Program-made: the position numbers and the translations under genes
In this document: positions 1 to 9,433 of the stretch, piece after piece
How the letters are laid out: each line of letters starts with the position of its first letter
Position numbering within the stretch: position 1 is the stretch's first letter
Virus record (IMG/VR): IMGVR_UViG_3300032050_000010
DNA from: a virus
Strand: one strand, 5' to 3'
Length of the DNA: 64,000 nucleotides
The notes under the pieces: generated by a model
Database searches by the model: none
The model's input: only the letters and a program-made list of their open reading frames with translations
Told to the model about the DNA's origin: nothing

Positions 1-47
1 AGAGAATAGCCAAGCCATATATACCAGGGCGTCCCTCACAGGGTGGT

Positions 48-449
48 ATGAGCACAAGTGCTGATACCACCTTTTCGATTTCGATGGGAAACACCGTACC
101 AGATCCGCAGGACGATGGATTGGACGGGCTCAACATCGACAGCATCAACACCAGCAAGCTGGCAGGACCACGGAGGCTTCCACGGTGGTTTAAGTTGAAA
201 AAGAAGCAGTACTTCCAGCGTCCGCTCAGCGAGATGATCACGGATGACATCGACCTCGAGAAGCACGAGGAGCTCGAGGCAGACCTGGAAGAGATCTCAG
301 GGGTCGGCGCGATCGCGGGATACGTCGAGCCACTCCACGGCCCGGGTGGGCCTGCACAAAGCCGCCGCAAGTTCTACGACAGGATGGCGAAGCCCTATGG
401 CGCAAAATATTTGCAGGACCCACTGAAAACAGCAAAAGGTAGGCCATAA
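48..449 (+). CDS. hypothetical protein, probably late/virion-associated
   Basis: 133 aa ORF preceded by the ATATATA late-type motif (17-23); no recognised domain. Confidence 0.6.
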   Translation: MSTSADTTFSISMGNTVPDPQDDGLDGLNIDSINTSKLAGPRRLPRWFKLKKKQYFQRPLSEMITDDIDLEKHEELEADLEEISGVGAIAGYVEPLHGPGGPAQSRRKFYDRMAKPYGAKYLQDPLKTAKGRP

Positions 450-560
450 TTATAAAATGAAGCGTGGGTTCGTACGATACCTTCGCTTCCCTTCTACGAA
501 AAAGAACTCTCTTTCTTTTAGAAGTTAAGCATTAACCATTAAACGTTAGGACATCACAAC

Positions 561-1391
561 ATGGGTATCAACTTCGACGCACTGCGTAAGCGTCTCGACA
601 ATCTGTCTGGCAATAACAAGAAGAGCAACGCCTCCTGGAAGCCCAAGGAGGGTGAGGAGTACACGGTTCGCCTCCTCTCTTTCCCAAACAACGAGGGCCA
701 GCCCTTCAAGGAGCTCTGGTTCTACTACAACATCGGCAACAACCCAGGCCTCCTCGCGCCCTACCAGTACGGCAAGCAGGATCCCATCCAAGATCTGATC
801 AACAAGCTTCGCGATGAGGGGACGAAGGAGAGCTACGAGCTTGCAAAGAAGCTCTACCCGAAGATGCGTTGCTACGCTCCCGTCGTCGTTCGCGGCGAGG
901 AGGAGAAGGGTGTGCAGATCTGGGCGTTCGGCAAGCAGGTCTACCAGTCGCTCCTCGGCATCATGCTCGACGAGGACTACGGTGACATCACTGATCCAGA
1001 GACCGGTCGCGACGTAAAGGTGAAGTGCTTCAAGCCACCCGGTAAGAAGTACTCTGAGACCGAGGTCATGCCTCGCGGTAAGTCTTCAAACCTCACCACC
1101 AACGCAGCAACTGCCAAGCAGTGGCTTAGCAACATCCCCGATGTGGGCTCGATGTTCGAGCTCAAGTCCAGCGACGAGCTCACGAAGATCGTCAACGACT
1201 GGATCAACGGTGGCATGCAGGATGGTGATGGCACCCCTCGCGGCGGTCCAGCAGCGACCGATGACGATGACACTCCTGCAGCAACCCAGAAGACGTCTGC
1301 TGTCCAGAACACTACGACCTCGACGACCAAGAAGACGGGAGGCAACTACTCCTCGATCGACGACGCCTTCGAAGATCTAATGGGCAACTGA
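561..1391 (+). CDS. single-stranded DNA-binding protein, T4 gp32-like
   Basis: VRLL..F core, DITDPETGRDV motif, acidic tail IDDAFEDLMGN; heads the recA-exonuclease-helicase cluster. Confidence 0.85.
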   Translation: MGINFDALRKRLDNLSGNNKKSNASWKPKEGEEYTVRLLSFPNNEGQPFKELWFYYNIGNNPGLLAPYQYGKQDPIQDLINKLRDEGTKESYELAKKLYPKMRCYAPVVVRGEEEKGVQIWAFGKQVYQSLLGIMLDEDYGDITDPETGRDVKVKCFKPPGKKYSETEVMPRGKSSNLTTNAATAKQWLSNIPDVGSMFELKSSDELTKIVNDWINGGMQDGDGTPRGGPAATDDDDTPAATQKTSAVQNTTTSTTKKTGGNYSSIDDAFEDLMGN

Positions 1392-1421
1392 CCTAACTAG
1401 GTCATCTGAGCAGGACGTGAG

Positions 1422-1450
1422 TTGTAATCTGGCTCACGTCCTGTTATAGT
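1422..1450 (+). promoter_or_regulatory. sigma70-like promoter overlapping an inverted repeat
   Basis: TTGTAA-17 nt-TATAGT upstream of recA; 11-bp IR CAGGACGTGAG (1411-1421) / CTCACGTCCTG (1433-1443). Confidence 0.65.
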
Positions 1451-1467
1451 ATTTGTAGAGGACAAAA

Positions 1468-2622
1468 ATGGCAAGACAAGCAAAAGAACGCAGGAGTGAT
1501 GACGGTGCAAGCGGTGATTTTACTGCTGAGCTGATCACATCACTCAATAAAGAGAACGGCTCGCGCATCGCTTACAACCTGGCGGAGGATGAGTCGCCCA
1601 CCCATGTCAAGCGGTGGGTCTCGACAGGATCAACGCTGCTCGACTACATTGTTGCAAATCGACGTAGCGGTGGCCTCCCAGAAGGTCGTATCGTTGAGAT
1701 CTTTGGCCCGCCGTCGATCGGCAAGAGCCACATTGCAACCCAGATCGCTCGCTCAACCCAGCAGATGGGTGGCATCTGCGTCTACATTGACACGGAGAAT
1801 GCAACATCGGTCGAGAACCTCCAGGCGCTGGGCGTGGATGTCACACGTCGATTTGTCTACGTTGACACGCACTGCACTGAAGAGGTGTTTGACGTCGCCG
1901 AGAAGACGATCTTGAAGGCGAAGGCGATGCAGCGTGATGTCCCGATCACCATCATCTGGGACAGTGTTGCAGCGTCGTCACCGAAGGCAGAGCTGTTGGG
2001 TGACTATGACAAGGACAGCATCGGTCTGCAGGCTCGAGCGATCTCAAAGGGCATGCGTAAGATCACAGGCGTCATCGGTGACCAGAGCGTGCTGATGGTC
2101 TGTCTTAATCAGACACGCACAAAGATCGGCGTCATGCATGGCGATCCTACAACTGTCCCAGGCGGCATGGCAATTCCATTCCACGCATCAGTTCGTCTCA
2201 AGCTAGGCGCGGGGCAGCAGATCCAGAACAAGAACGGTGATGTTGTCGGTATCCACGTTTCAGCCAAGACAGTGAAGAACAAGGTGTCACCACCCTTCAG
2301 GACAGCAAACTTCCAGATCCACTTCGGCAAGGGTATCATTGAGCACGAGGAGATCTTTGATGAGCTCCGTGATGCTGGTGAACGTCAAGTCGGCAAGCAT
2401 ATCATCTGTGTGTCTGGTGATGGTGCATGGAAGGTCTTCACGGTAACCGACGTCGAGAGAGGCGTCACAGTCATCGAGAAGAAGTTCCACAAGGCAGAGT
2501 TCGGCGAGCTACTCAGTCACCCGGAATATAAGACTTTCCTCGATGATCTGATCGAGGCGGTGATGGTGCGTACACGCAACGACTCAGACTTGACTGACGC
2601 GGCTGCTGAGGACAATGAGTGA
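1468..2622 (+). CDS. recA: RecA/UvsX recombinase
   Basis: GGLPEGRIVEIFGPPSIGKS Walker A, YIDTENA, IWDSVAA, NQTRTKIGVMHGDP, KNKVSPPFR. Confidence 0.95.
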   Translation: MARQAKERRSDDGASGDFTAELITSLNKENGSRIAYNLAEDESPTHVKRWVSTGSTLLDYIVANRRSGGLPEGRIVEIFGPPSIGKSHIATQIARSTQQMGGICVYIDTENATSVENLQALGVDVTRRFVYVDTHCTEEVFDVAEKTILKAKAMQRDVPITIIWDSVAASSPKAELLGDYDKDSIGLQARAISKGMRKITGVIGDQSVLMVCLNQTRTKIGVMHGDPTTVPGGMAIPFHASVRLKLGAGQQIQNKNGDVVGIHVSAKTVKNKVSPPFRTANFQIHFGKGIIEHEEIFDELRDAGERQVGKHIICVSGDGAWKVFTVTDVERGVTVIEKKFHKAEFGELLSHPEYKTFLDDLIEAVMVRTRNDSDLTDAAAEDNE

Positions 2623-3586
2623 TCTGAACCGATCACAGACTGTCCTGCTTGTGGATGCGATGGGGTTGTACTTGAGACACTTCGTCGCCCATCCAGCAAT
2701 GGGTAAGGACGGCCGGCACGTAGGTGGGATTGTGGGCTTTCTCCTCGATCTAAAGCGGATCGTGGAGCGCTTTAAGCCCAATCCCATCTACGTCGTCTGG
2801 GAGGGTGGTGGATCACCTCGTCGAAGAGCGATCTATAAAGACTACAAGAGCCATCGACGCCCCGAGCGGTTGAATAGGTTCTACGAGAATGATATCCCAA
2901 ATACTGTCTCCGATCGAGACAACCAGATTAAGACACTGGTGCGGCTGCTAAAGCTAACACCAATATGTCAGATCTATGTGCCTGACTGTGAGGCAGATGA
3001 TGTCATCGGTTACATGTCACGATACCACTGCAAGGATGCGCTGAAGATCATCTTATCGGCTGACAAAGATTACTACCAGTTGATCTCTGAGGGATCGATC
3101 ATCTACTCACCCACCTGGAAGAAGCTGGTGCAGGAGCAGGATGTTCTCGAGAGGTTCGGCGTCCATCCTGTCAACTTCTCAGTTGCCAAAGCGATCTGCG
3201 GTGACGACTCAGACAACATACCAGGTGTCGACGGTGTAGGGTTCAAGACACTGGCTAAGCGTTTTCCAAGTCTGTCGCAGACGAATGAAGTCACAGTGCA
3301 GGATATTCTGCAGGAAGCGAGAGCAAAAGTTGATAGCGGTTCCAAGGTGCAAGCCTACCAGCACATTGCAGAGAATGAGATCCTCATCAACCGAAACTTC
3401 TCGCTTGTTCACTTAGATACAGCGAACTTGGCTGCTTACCAGATCGATAGGATCAACGGGATCTGTGATACTTTTAAGCCTACACGCAATAAGATAGAGT
3501 TCATAAGGGCCCTCATTCACGAAGGCATCCAGACGTTCAACGTCGACCAATTCTTCCTAGCCCTCTCACACATCCAGACAGGATAA
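2615..3586 (+). CDS. 5'-3' exonuclease / flap endonuclease (T4 RNase H-like)
   Basis: LLVDA, YKSHR, EADDVIG, SADKDYYQL, GDDSDNIPGVDGVGFKT (H3TH). Confidence 0.92.
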   Translation: MSDLNRSQTVLLVDAMGLYLRHFVAHPAMGKDGRHVGGIVGFLLDLKRIVERFKPNPIYVVWEGGGSPRRRAIYKDYKSHRRPERLNRFYENDIPNTVSDRDNQIKTLVRLLKLTPICQIYVPDCEADDVIGYMSRYHCKDALKIILSADKDYYQLISEGSIIYSPTWKKLVQEQDVLERFGVHPVNFSVAKAICGDDSDNIPGVDGVGFKTLAKRFPSLSQTNEVTVQDILQEARAKVDSGSKVQAYQHIAENEILINRNFSLVHLDTANLAAYQIDRINGICDTFKPTRNKIEFIRALIHEGIQTFNVDQFFLALSHIQTG

Positions 3587-3587
3587 A

Positions 3588-4955
3588 ATGCACGATCCGC
3601 ACTTTAAACAGTACGGTAAGCAGTTCCAGGAGAAGATTTTCCAAGGACTGCTGACTGACCGATCTTGGGCGACTCAAATGATTGAGATCATGTCGCCTAC
3701 CTTCTTTGAGCTGAAGTATCTGCAGTTCCTCACACAGCGGTACTTTGACTACTATCAGAAGTACAAGGACTTTCCAACACTTAGTCTTCTTGTCACAATT
3801 ATTCGTGACGACCTGAAGGAAGGCAAGGACATTGTCCTCCGCGACCAGATCGTTGAGTTCCTCCAGCGCATTCGCGTCAACCCAGACATGGGCGATGTGC
3901 AGTACGTCAAGGATAAGACGCTTGACTTCTGCAAGAAGCAGGCGATGAAGGAGGCGTTGGAGAAAGCTGTCGAGATGATTGCGACAGACAATCTCGACTC
4001 CGTCATGGACCTGATGAAGAATGCTCTGTCAGCAGGCACACCAGCTGCAATTGGTCATGACTTCTTTGAAGACACAGAGGCACGATTCATCAGGACACGT
4101 CGTCTCACATGTCCAACTGGACTGCCACAGATTGATGCTCAGGATGTTCTCAATGGTGGCCTGGGTCGAGGAGAGCTCGGTGTAGTTATCGCACCGACAG
4201 GCGTGGGTAAGTCACACTTCCTTGTGCAAATGGGCGCGGAGGCTTTACGTGTCGGTAAGAATGTCGTTCACTATACCTTTGAGCTATCTGAAACTGCTGT
4301 TGGTCTACGTTATGACTCTAATCTCTGCGGCATTCCAAGCAGTGATGTCATAGACAGAAAAGAAGAAGTCATCGAATTCTACAAGAACAACTCGCTTGGC
4401 CGTCTAATTATCAAAGAGTATCCAACAGGCACGCCGTCTGTTCAGACACTTAGAAATCACATTGAGAAGCTTCTTCTGAAGTCGTTCGTTCCCAGTGTGA
4501 TCATCATCGACTACGCAGACATCATGAAGTCATCACGTAAATTCGATTCGCTTCGACACGAATTAAAGCTCGTCTATGAAGAGCTTCGTAATCTGTCCAT
4601 GGATCTCAATGTTCCAATCTGGACAGCATCTCAGGCAAATCGTGAAGCTTCTAACTCAGAAGTTGTAGGTCTTGAGAATATGTCGGAAGCATACGGCAAG
4701 GCGATGGTTGCTGACGTTGTGCTCTCAATCTCTCGAAAGCCCAATGAAAAGGCAACAGGCGCTGGGCGTATCTTCGTCGCAAAGAATCGAGCTGGTCGAG
4801 ATGGAATGCTCTACCCAATGAGGATCGACACATCAATGTCTAAGTTCGAGCTGATGGACACAAATGAGATGTCTGTTGACGATGTTGTCAAAGCTGACGG
4901 CTCTAGCATGAAGAAGCTTCTCAAAGAGAAGTGGGAAGAGATTAACGGTAAGTGA
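3588..4955 (+). CDS. dnaB: replicative DnaB/gp41-like helicase
   Basis: APTGVGKS Walker A, IIIDYAD Walker B, WTASQANR, KNRAG. Confidence 0.92.
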   Translation: MHDPHFKQYGKQFQEKIFQGLLTDRSWATQMIEIMSPTFFELKYLQFLTQRYFDYYQKYKDFPTLSLLVTIIRDDLKEGKDIVLRDQIVEFLQRIRVNPDMGDVQYVKDKTLDFCKKQAMKEALEKAVEMIATDNLDSVMDLMKNALSAGTPAAIGHDFFEDTEARFIRTRRLTCPTGLPQIDAQDVLNGGLGRGELGVVIAPTGVGKSHFLVQMGAEALRVGKNVVHYTFELSETAVGLRYDSNLCGIPSSDVIDRKEEVIEFYKNNSLGRLIIKEYPTGTPSVQTLRNHIEKLLLKSFVPSVIIIDYADIMKSSRKFDSLRHELKLVYEELRNLSMDLNVPIWTASQANREASNSEVVGLENMSEAYGKAMVADVVLSISRKPNEKATGAGRIFVAKNRAGRDGMLYPMRIDTSMSKFELMDTNEMSVDDVVKADGSSMKKLLKEKWEEINGK

Positions 4956-4986
4956 TCGACATGTATTGTAATGAAAGGAGTCAGGA

Positions 4987-7461
4987 ATGTCTTTAAATCA
5001 GAGTGTTGCGGAATACTTCAGGGGCGACGATCTCGCTGCTGACGTCTTCAACAAGTACGCCTTGCGCGATAATGCGGGCAATAGGATCGAGCATCTTCCT
5101 ACAGAGACGTTCCGACGTCTCGCTAAGGAGTTTGCCCGGATCGAGGCAAAGTATCCCAACCCAATGTCTGAGGAGGAGATCTTCGATCTTCTTGACGGCT
5201 TCAAGCAGGTCGTCCCACAGGGTTCACCCCTATCAGGTATTGGAAACCACTACCAACACCAGAGCCTGTCGAACTGCTTTGTTGTCGACCAGCCTCATGA
5301 TAGCTACGCCGGCATCCTCTTCACAGACCAGGAGCAGGTTCAGATCATGAAGCGCCGTGGAGGAGTGGGATTTGACATCTCCACTATCCGCCCCAAGGGC
5401 CAGCCGACCTCAAACGCTGCCCGAACCACAGACGGTATCGGTGTCTTCATGGAGAGGTTCTCGAACTCCTGCCGTGAAGTTGCTCAGGGCGGTCGACGTG
5501 GTGCGCTCATGCTCACGATCGACTGTCGCCACCCAGAGATTGAGACCTTCATCGATATCAAGCGTGACCTGAAGAAGGTGACCGGTGCCAACATCTCAAT
5601 TCGTTTCAACGACGAGTTCATGCGTGCAGTCGAGAGTGGTTCTGACTTTACGCTTCGCTGGCCCGTCGAGGCTCCCGTTGAGGAAGCACAGATCACCAAG
5701 ACGATCAATGCAAAGCAGGTCTGGGACAAGTTCATCGATGCAGCCTGGGCATCAGCTGAGCCAGGTGCTCTTTTCTGGGACACGGTAGTGAACCAGGGCA
5801 TCGTGGATTGCTATCGAGATGTAGGTTACAAGACAATCTCCACCAATCCATGCGGTGAGATCCCACTCAGCCCATACGACTCCTGTCGACTGATGGTTGT
5901 CAATCTGACCACATTCGTCAATGACCCGTTCGGCTCGAACCCCACCTTCGACTTTGGTCGATTCAACACGATTGTCATGAAGGCACAGCGCCTCATGGAC
6001 GACCTGGTGGATCTCGAGGTGGAGTGCGTTGATCGGATCCTTGAGAAGATTGAGCGTGATCCACAGCCTGAGCATGTCAAGCGAGTGGAGCGCGATCTTT
6101 GGAACAAGATCCGTGCTGCAGGTCTCAACGGACGCAGAACTGGCCTCGGCGTGACGGGTCTGGGTGACACTCTTGCTGCTCTGAACATTCAGTACGGTAG
6201 CAAGTGCTCGATCGAAGTGACCGAGGAGATCTACAAGGCTCTCGCCGCCGGTGCACATCGTTCCTCTCTCATCATGGCAAAGGAGCGCGGTGCATTCCCG
6301 GTTTGGGACTACCAGAAGGAGAAGAACCACGACTACCTACAGAAGGTGATCAACACATGCAACGGTGAATACCACAACATGTGGGAGACAACTGGCCGAC
6401 GCAACATTGCGCTCACTACGACTGCTCCTGTCGGTTCCATCTCCTGCCTCACGCAGACAACGAGCGGCATTGAGCCTGCCTTCCTCCTCTCCTACAAGCG
6501 CCGTCGCAAGATCACGCAGGGCGACACGAAGACCGTGCCTGACTTTGTCGACCAGATGGGTGACAAGTGGCAGGAGTACACTGTCTACCACCACTGGTTC
6601 AAGAAGTGGATGGACGTCACTGGCAAGACTGACCCACAGGAGAGCCCATACTGGGGCGGCACGGCAAATGACATTGACTGGGTGAAGTCGGTCGACATCC
6701 AGGCAGCAGCTCAGCGATGGATCGACCACAGCATCAGCAAGACCTGCAACCTTCCAAACTCTGCAACTCGTGAGACAGTCAACGACGTCTACATGCGTGC
6801 ATGGAAGGAGGGTTGCAAGGGCTTTACGGTCTATCGTGATGGCTGCCGCACTGGTGTCCTCATCTCCACAGAGGAGAAGAAAGAGGCACCCAAGACAGCA
6901 GCAGACTTCCACCCAAAGCGTCCCAAGGAGCTCCCCTGCGACATTCACCGCGTCAACATCAAGGATGAGAGTGGTAAGTCACAATCTTGGATGGTCCTTG
7001 TCGGTCTCAATGACGGTGTCCCGTATGAAGTCTTCAGCGGTCTTGCAGATCACATCGAGGTCCCCAAGAAGACCAAGAGTGGTGTTCTCATCAGGAACGG
7101 CAAGAAGGACGGCGTCGCCACATACAACCTCCGCGTTCCCGTTGGAAATGACGATGAGATCCTCTTCAAGGATGTTGTAAACCTATTCGCCAATCCGACG
7201 CAAGGTGCATTCACAAGGACGATCTCTCTGGCACTTCGGCACGGCATTCCGGTCAACTTCGTGGTGGATCAGCTCCAGAAGGACAAGGAGTCAGACATGT
7301 TCGCCTTCTCTCGGTGCGTCGCCCGCGTCCTTAAGGGTTACATCCCAGATGGTACAAAGTCCACGTCAGAGAAGAAGTGCAAGGAGTGCGGTAGCGACCA
7401 GGTCTTCTACATGGAAGGTTGCCTAACATGTAGCAGCTGCGGTGCCTCTAAGTGCTCTTGA
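4987..7461 (+). CDS. nrdJ: ribonucleotide reductase, probably class II (B12-dependent), with C-terminal Zn ribbon
   Basis: SNCF, TNPCGEI, TAPVGSIS, VYRDG; C-terminal CKEC..CLTCSSCGASKC; no beta subunit adjacent. Confidence 0.88.
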   Translation: MSLNQSVAEYFRGDDLAADVFNKYALRDNAGNRIEHLPTETFRRLAKEFARIEAKYPNPMSEEEIFDLLDGFKQVVPQGSPLSGIGNHYQHQSLSNCFVVDQPHDSYAGILFTDQEQVQIMKRRGGVGFDISTIRPKGQPTSNAARTTDGIGVFMERFSNSCREVAQGGRRGALMLTIDCRHPEIETFIDIKRDLKKVTGANISIRFNDEFMRAVESGSDFTLRWPVEAPVEEAQITKTINAKQVWDKFIDAAWASAEPGALFWDTVVNQGIVDCYRDVGYKTISTNPCGEIPLSPYDSCRLMVVNLTTFVNDPFGSNPTFDFGRFNTIVMKAQRLMDDLVDLEVECVDRILEKIERDPQPEHVKRVERDLWNKIRAAGLNGRRTGLGVTGLGDTLAALNIQYGSKCSIEVTEEIYKALAAGAHRSSLIMAKERGAFPVWDYQKEKNHDYLQKVINTCNGEYHNMWETTGRRNIALTTTAPVGSISCLTQTTSGIEPAFLLSYKRRRKITQGDTKTVPDFVDQMGDKWQEYTVYHHWFKKWMDVTGKTDPQESPYWGGTANDIDWVKSVDIQAAAQRWIDHSISKTCNLPNSATRETVNDVYMRAWKEGCKGFTVYRDGCRTGVLISTEEKKEAPKTAADFHPKRPKELPCDIHRVNIKDESGKSQSWMVLVGLNDGVPYEVFSGLADHIEVPKKTKSGVLIRNGKKDGVATYNLRVPVGNDDEILFKDVVNLFANPTQGAFTRTISLALRHGIPVNFVVDQLQKDKESDMFAFSRCVARVLKGYIPDGTKSTSEKKCKECGSDQVFYMEGCLTCSSCGASKCS

Positions 7462-7478
7462 TCTAAGAAGAGAACATT

Positions 7479-7506
7479 GAAAGGCTGCTTTCGGGCAGCC
7501 TTTCTT
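7479..7506 (+). terminator. intrinsic terminator
   Basis: GAAAGGCTGCT-TTCG-GGCAGCCTTTC followed by TT, just after the RNR stop. Confidence 0.8.
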
Positions 7507-7533
7507 GTAAACAAACAACACAGGAGTTAAGAT
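7505..7533 (+). promoter_or_regulatory. sigma70-like promoter giving a probably leaderless clpP transcript
   Basis: TTGTAA-17-TAAGAT; ATG starts 7 nt after the -10. Confidence 0.6.
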
Positions 7534-7539
7534 AACTAC

Positions 7540-8142
7540 ATGAACATCATCACACGCGTATCCCCCCTCATTAAGGAGTGCGAACTCCGCGCTCCTCCCA
7601 TCGTCATCCGCGTCAATAAGTTTGATGAGGATGCAGCCAAGGAGTTCAATCAGCACATGTCGATCGCCCAGTCATCTGGCCAGAGTGTTATTCCAGTCGT
7701 CATTGACAGCTACGGCGGAGAGGTATACTCACTCATGACTATGATCGATGCGATCAAGTCATCACGTGTCCCAGTCGCAACCATCGTCGAGGGTAAGGCA
7801 ATGTCTTGCGGTGCTGTCCTGCTCACTTGCGGAGCACCCGGCATGCGCTATGCATCGCCCAATGCTACCATCATGATCCACGAGGTCGCAAGCGGCAATC
7901 GTGGCAAGGTCGAGGAGATCAAGGCCGACGCTAAGGAGACAGATCGTCTCAACGAGAAGATCCTCAAGATCATGGCACAGAACATCGGCAAGGATGAGGA
8001 TTACTTCCTCGACGAGATCCACACCAAGAAGCACGCTGACTGGTACCTCGAGCCCGAGGAAGCAAAAGAGATCGGCCTTGTTAACCATGTCAAAGTGCCA
8101 GAGATGATGTTAACTGTGGATGTGAAGTACAAGTTTGAGTAG
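7540..8142 (+). CDS. clpP: ClpP-family serine protease
   Basis: IDSYGGEV, AMSCGA (Ser), MIHE (His), DWY (Asp), EAKEIGLV. Confidence 0.9.
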   Translation: MNIITRVSPLIKECELRAPPIVIRVNKFDEDAAKEFNQHMSIAQSSGQSVIPVVIDSYGGEVYSLMTMIDAIKSSRVPVATIVEGKAMSCGAVLLTCGAPGMRYASPNATIMIHEVASGNRGKVEEIKADAKETDRLNEKILKIMAQNIGKDEDYFLDEIHTKKHADWYLEPEEAKEIGLVNHVKVPEMMLTVDVKYKFE

Positions 8143-8494
8143 AAGAGCTGAGATCTTTATAAAGGTTATTGCGTGGCGGATTGTATCCACCACGCTTAGC
8201 TTCTTTGTCATCTATCATTTTACAGGTAGCGTGGCGACAACAACGCACGCACTTGCAATCGGAACAAGCATAGGAATAGTGTCCCAGTGGCTGTTTGAGA
8301 TGACGTGGGACACGTTTATACGGAGCAGATTGAGACATGCCCTTTCAGGACAACAAGGTAGAATTGATCGGTTACTACGGTGGAGACGAGGCACACGCGA
8401 TGTCAGCGTGGACGAGCACCAGCAGGGATCTGACGGAGGAGAAGCGTGGAAGGATCCCAACTCTCCTGAAAATGCTGGCCGAGAATGGACATGA
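8135..8494 (+). CDS. small membrane protein, DUF2061-like
   Basis: KVIAWRIVSTTLSFFVIYHFTGS...WLFEMTW resembles DUF2061; TTG start; 3' end overlaps thyX. Confidence 0.5.
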   Translation: MSRRAEIFIKVIAWRIVSTTLSFFVIYHFTGSVATTTHALAIGTSIGIVSQWLFEMTWDTFIRSRLRHALSGQQGRIDRLLRWRRGTRDVSVDEHQQGSDGGEAWKDPNSPENAGREWT

Positions 8495-9005
8495 GACACC
8501 CTTCGAGAAGTCAAGCCTGCACTTCCTGGTCACTGTCGATGCTGCAACTCACATCCATCTCCTGAAGCACAGGATCGGTGTCTCGATCAACGGCGAGTCA
8601 GCGCGGTACAAGGAACTTCGAGATGACAAGTATTACCTGCCGAAGGATTGGTCGCTCGAAGAGCAGGCGAAGTACATCGCCTTCATGGAGGACGCACTCA
8701 TGCGTTACCACGATGCTCTTGAACGCTTCGTCGAGGATGGCATGAGCCGCAAGCGTGCCAAGGAAAGTGCCCGGTTCTACCTGCCCTACGGCAACCAGAT
8801 CACGATGGACATCATGTTCAACTGGCGCTCCTTCCACCACTTCCTCGAGCTGCGGATGAAGCCAGATGCCCAGCGTGAAGTCCGTGAGTTATCAGAGCAG
8901 ATGCTCCAGCTTGTCCGTGACATTCCTGGTAACCCGTTCAAGCACACGCTAGAAGCGTTTGGTTATGTTGTAAAACCTAAAGAAATATTCTACCATAGTG
9001 TGTGA
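8337..9005 (+). CDS. thyX: FAD-dependent thymidylate synthase
   Basis: GHETPFE, KHRIGVSINGESARY (Ser retained), KESARFYLP, NWRSFHHFLELR, AQREVR. Confidence 0.9.
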   Translation: MPFQDNKVELIGYYGGDEAHAMSAWTSTSRDLTEEKRGRIPTLLKMLAENGHETPFEKSSLHFLVTVDAATHIHLLKHRIGVSINGESARYKELRDDKYYLPKDWSLEEQAKYIAFMEDALMRYHDALERFVEDGMSRKRAKESARFYLPYGNQITMDIMFNWRSFHHFLELRMKPDAQREVRELSEQMLQLVRDIPGNPFKHTLEAFGYVVKPKEIFYHSV

Positions 9006-9433
9006 ACGCACCTAAGTCACCCTACAACCTGATCCAAGAGACAGTGCAGTACGATCCATGGCGCGTCCTGGTCGTCTGTATTTTCTGTAATCTAACAAAG
9101 CGTGTCGTCGCAGAGCCCTACATGTGGCAGTTCTTCGATCGATGGCCCACAGCATCGGCAGCATCCCATGCAGATCCTGCTGAGATCCGTGACATGATCG
9201 CTATTCTTGGTCTTGCAGATCGACGAAGCAAGACGCTGGTCAAGCTATCGCAGGCGTACGTGCAGTGGAACGGGGTTGATGTAAGATCTCTACCAGGCGT
9301 GGGTGAGTACGCTGCAGCAGCTTACGACATCTTCTGCCTGCACCGCTGGGCACAGATCCCAGAGCCCAAGGACGGCGCGTTGAAGAACTACTGGAAGTGG
9401 ATTAACGGAAAGGAGGAAAGTCAAATTGCCTGA
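9002..9433 (+). CDS. MBD4-like HhH-GPD G:T/G:U mismatch DNA glycosylase
   Basis: SPYNLIQE..DPWRVLV..N.T, LGL..RR.KT..K.S, LPGVGEY, YDIFC, PKDGALKNY; collinear with the MBD4 catalytic domain. Confidence 0.85.
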   Translation: MNAPKSPYNLIQETVQYDPWRVLVVCIFCNLTKRVVAEPYMWQFFDRWPTASAASHADPAEIRDMIAILGLADRRSKTLVKLSQAYVQWNGVDVRSLPGVGEYAAAAYDIFCLHRWAQIPEPKDGALKNYWKWINGKEESQIA

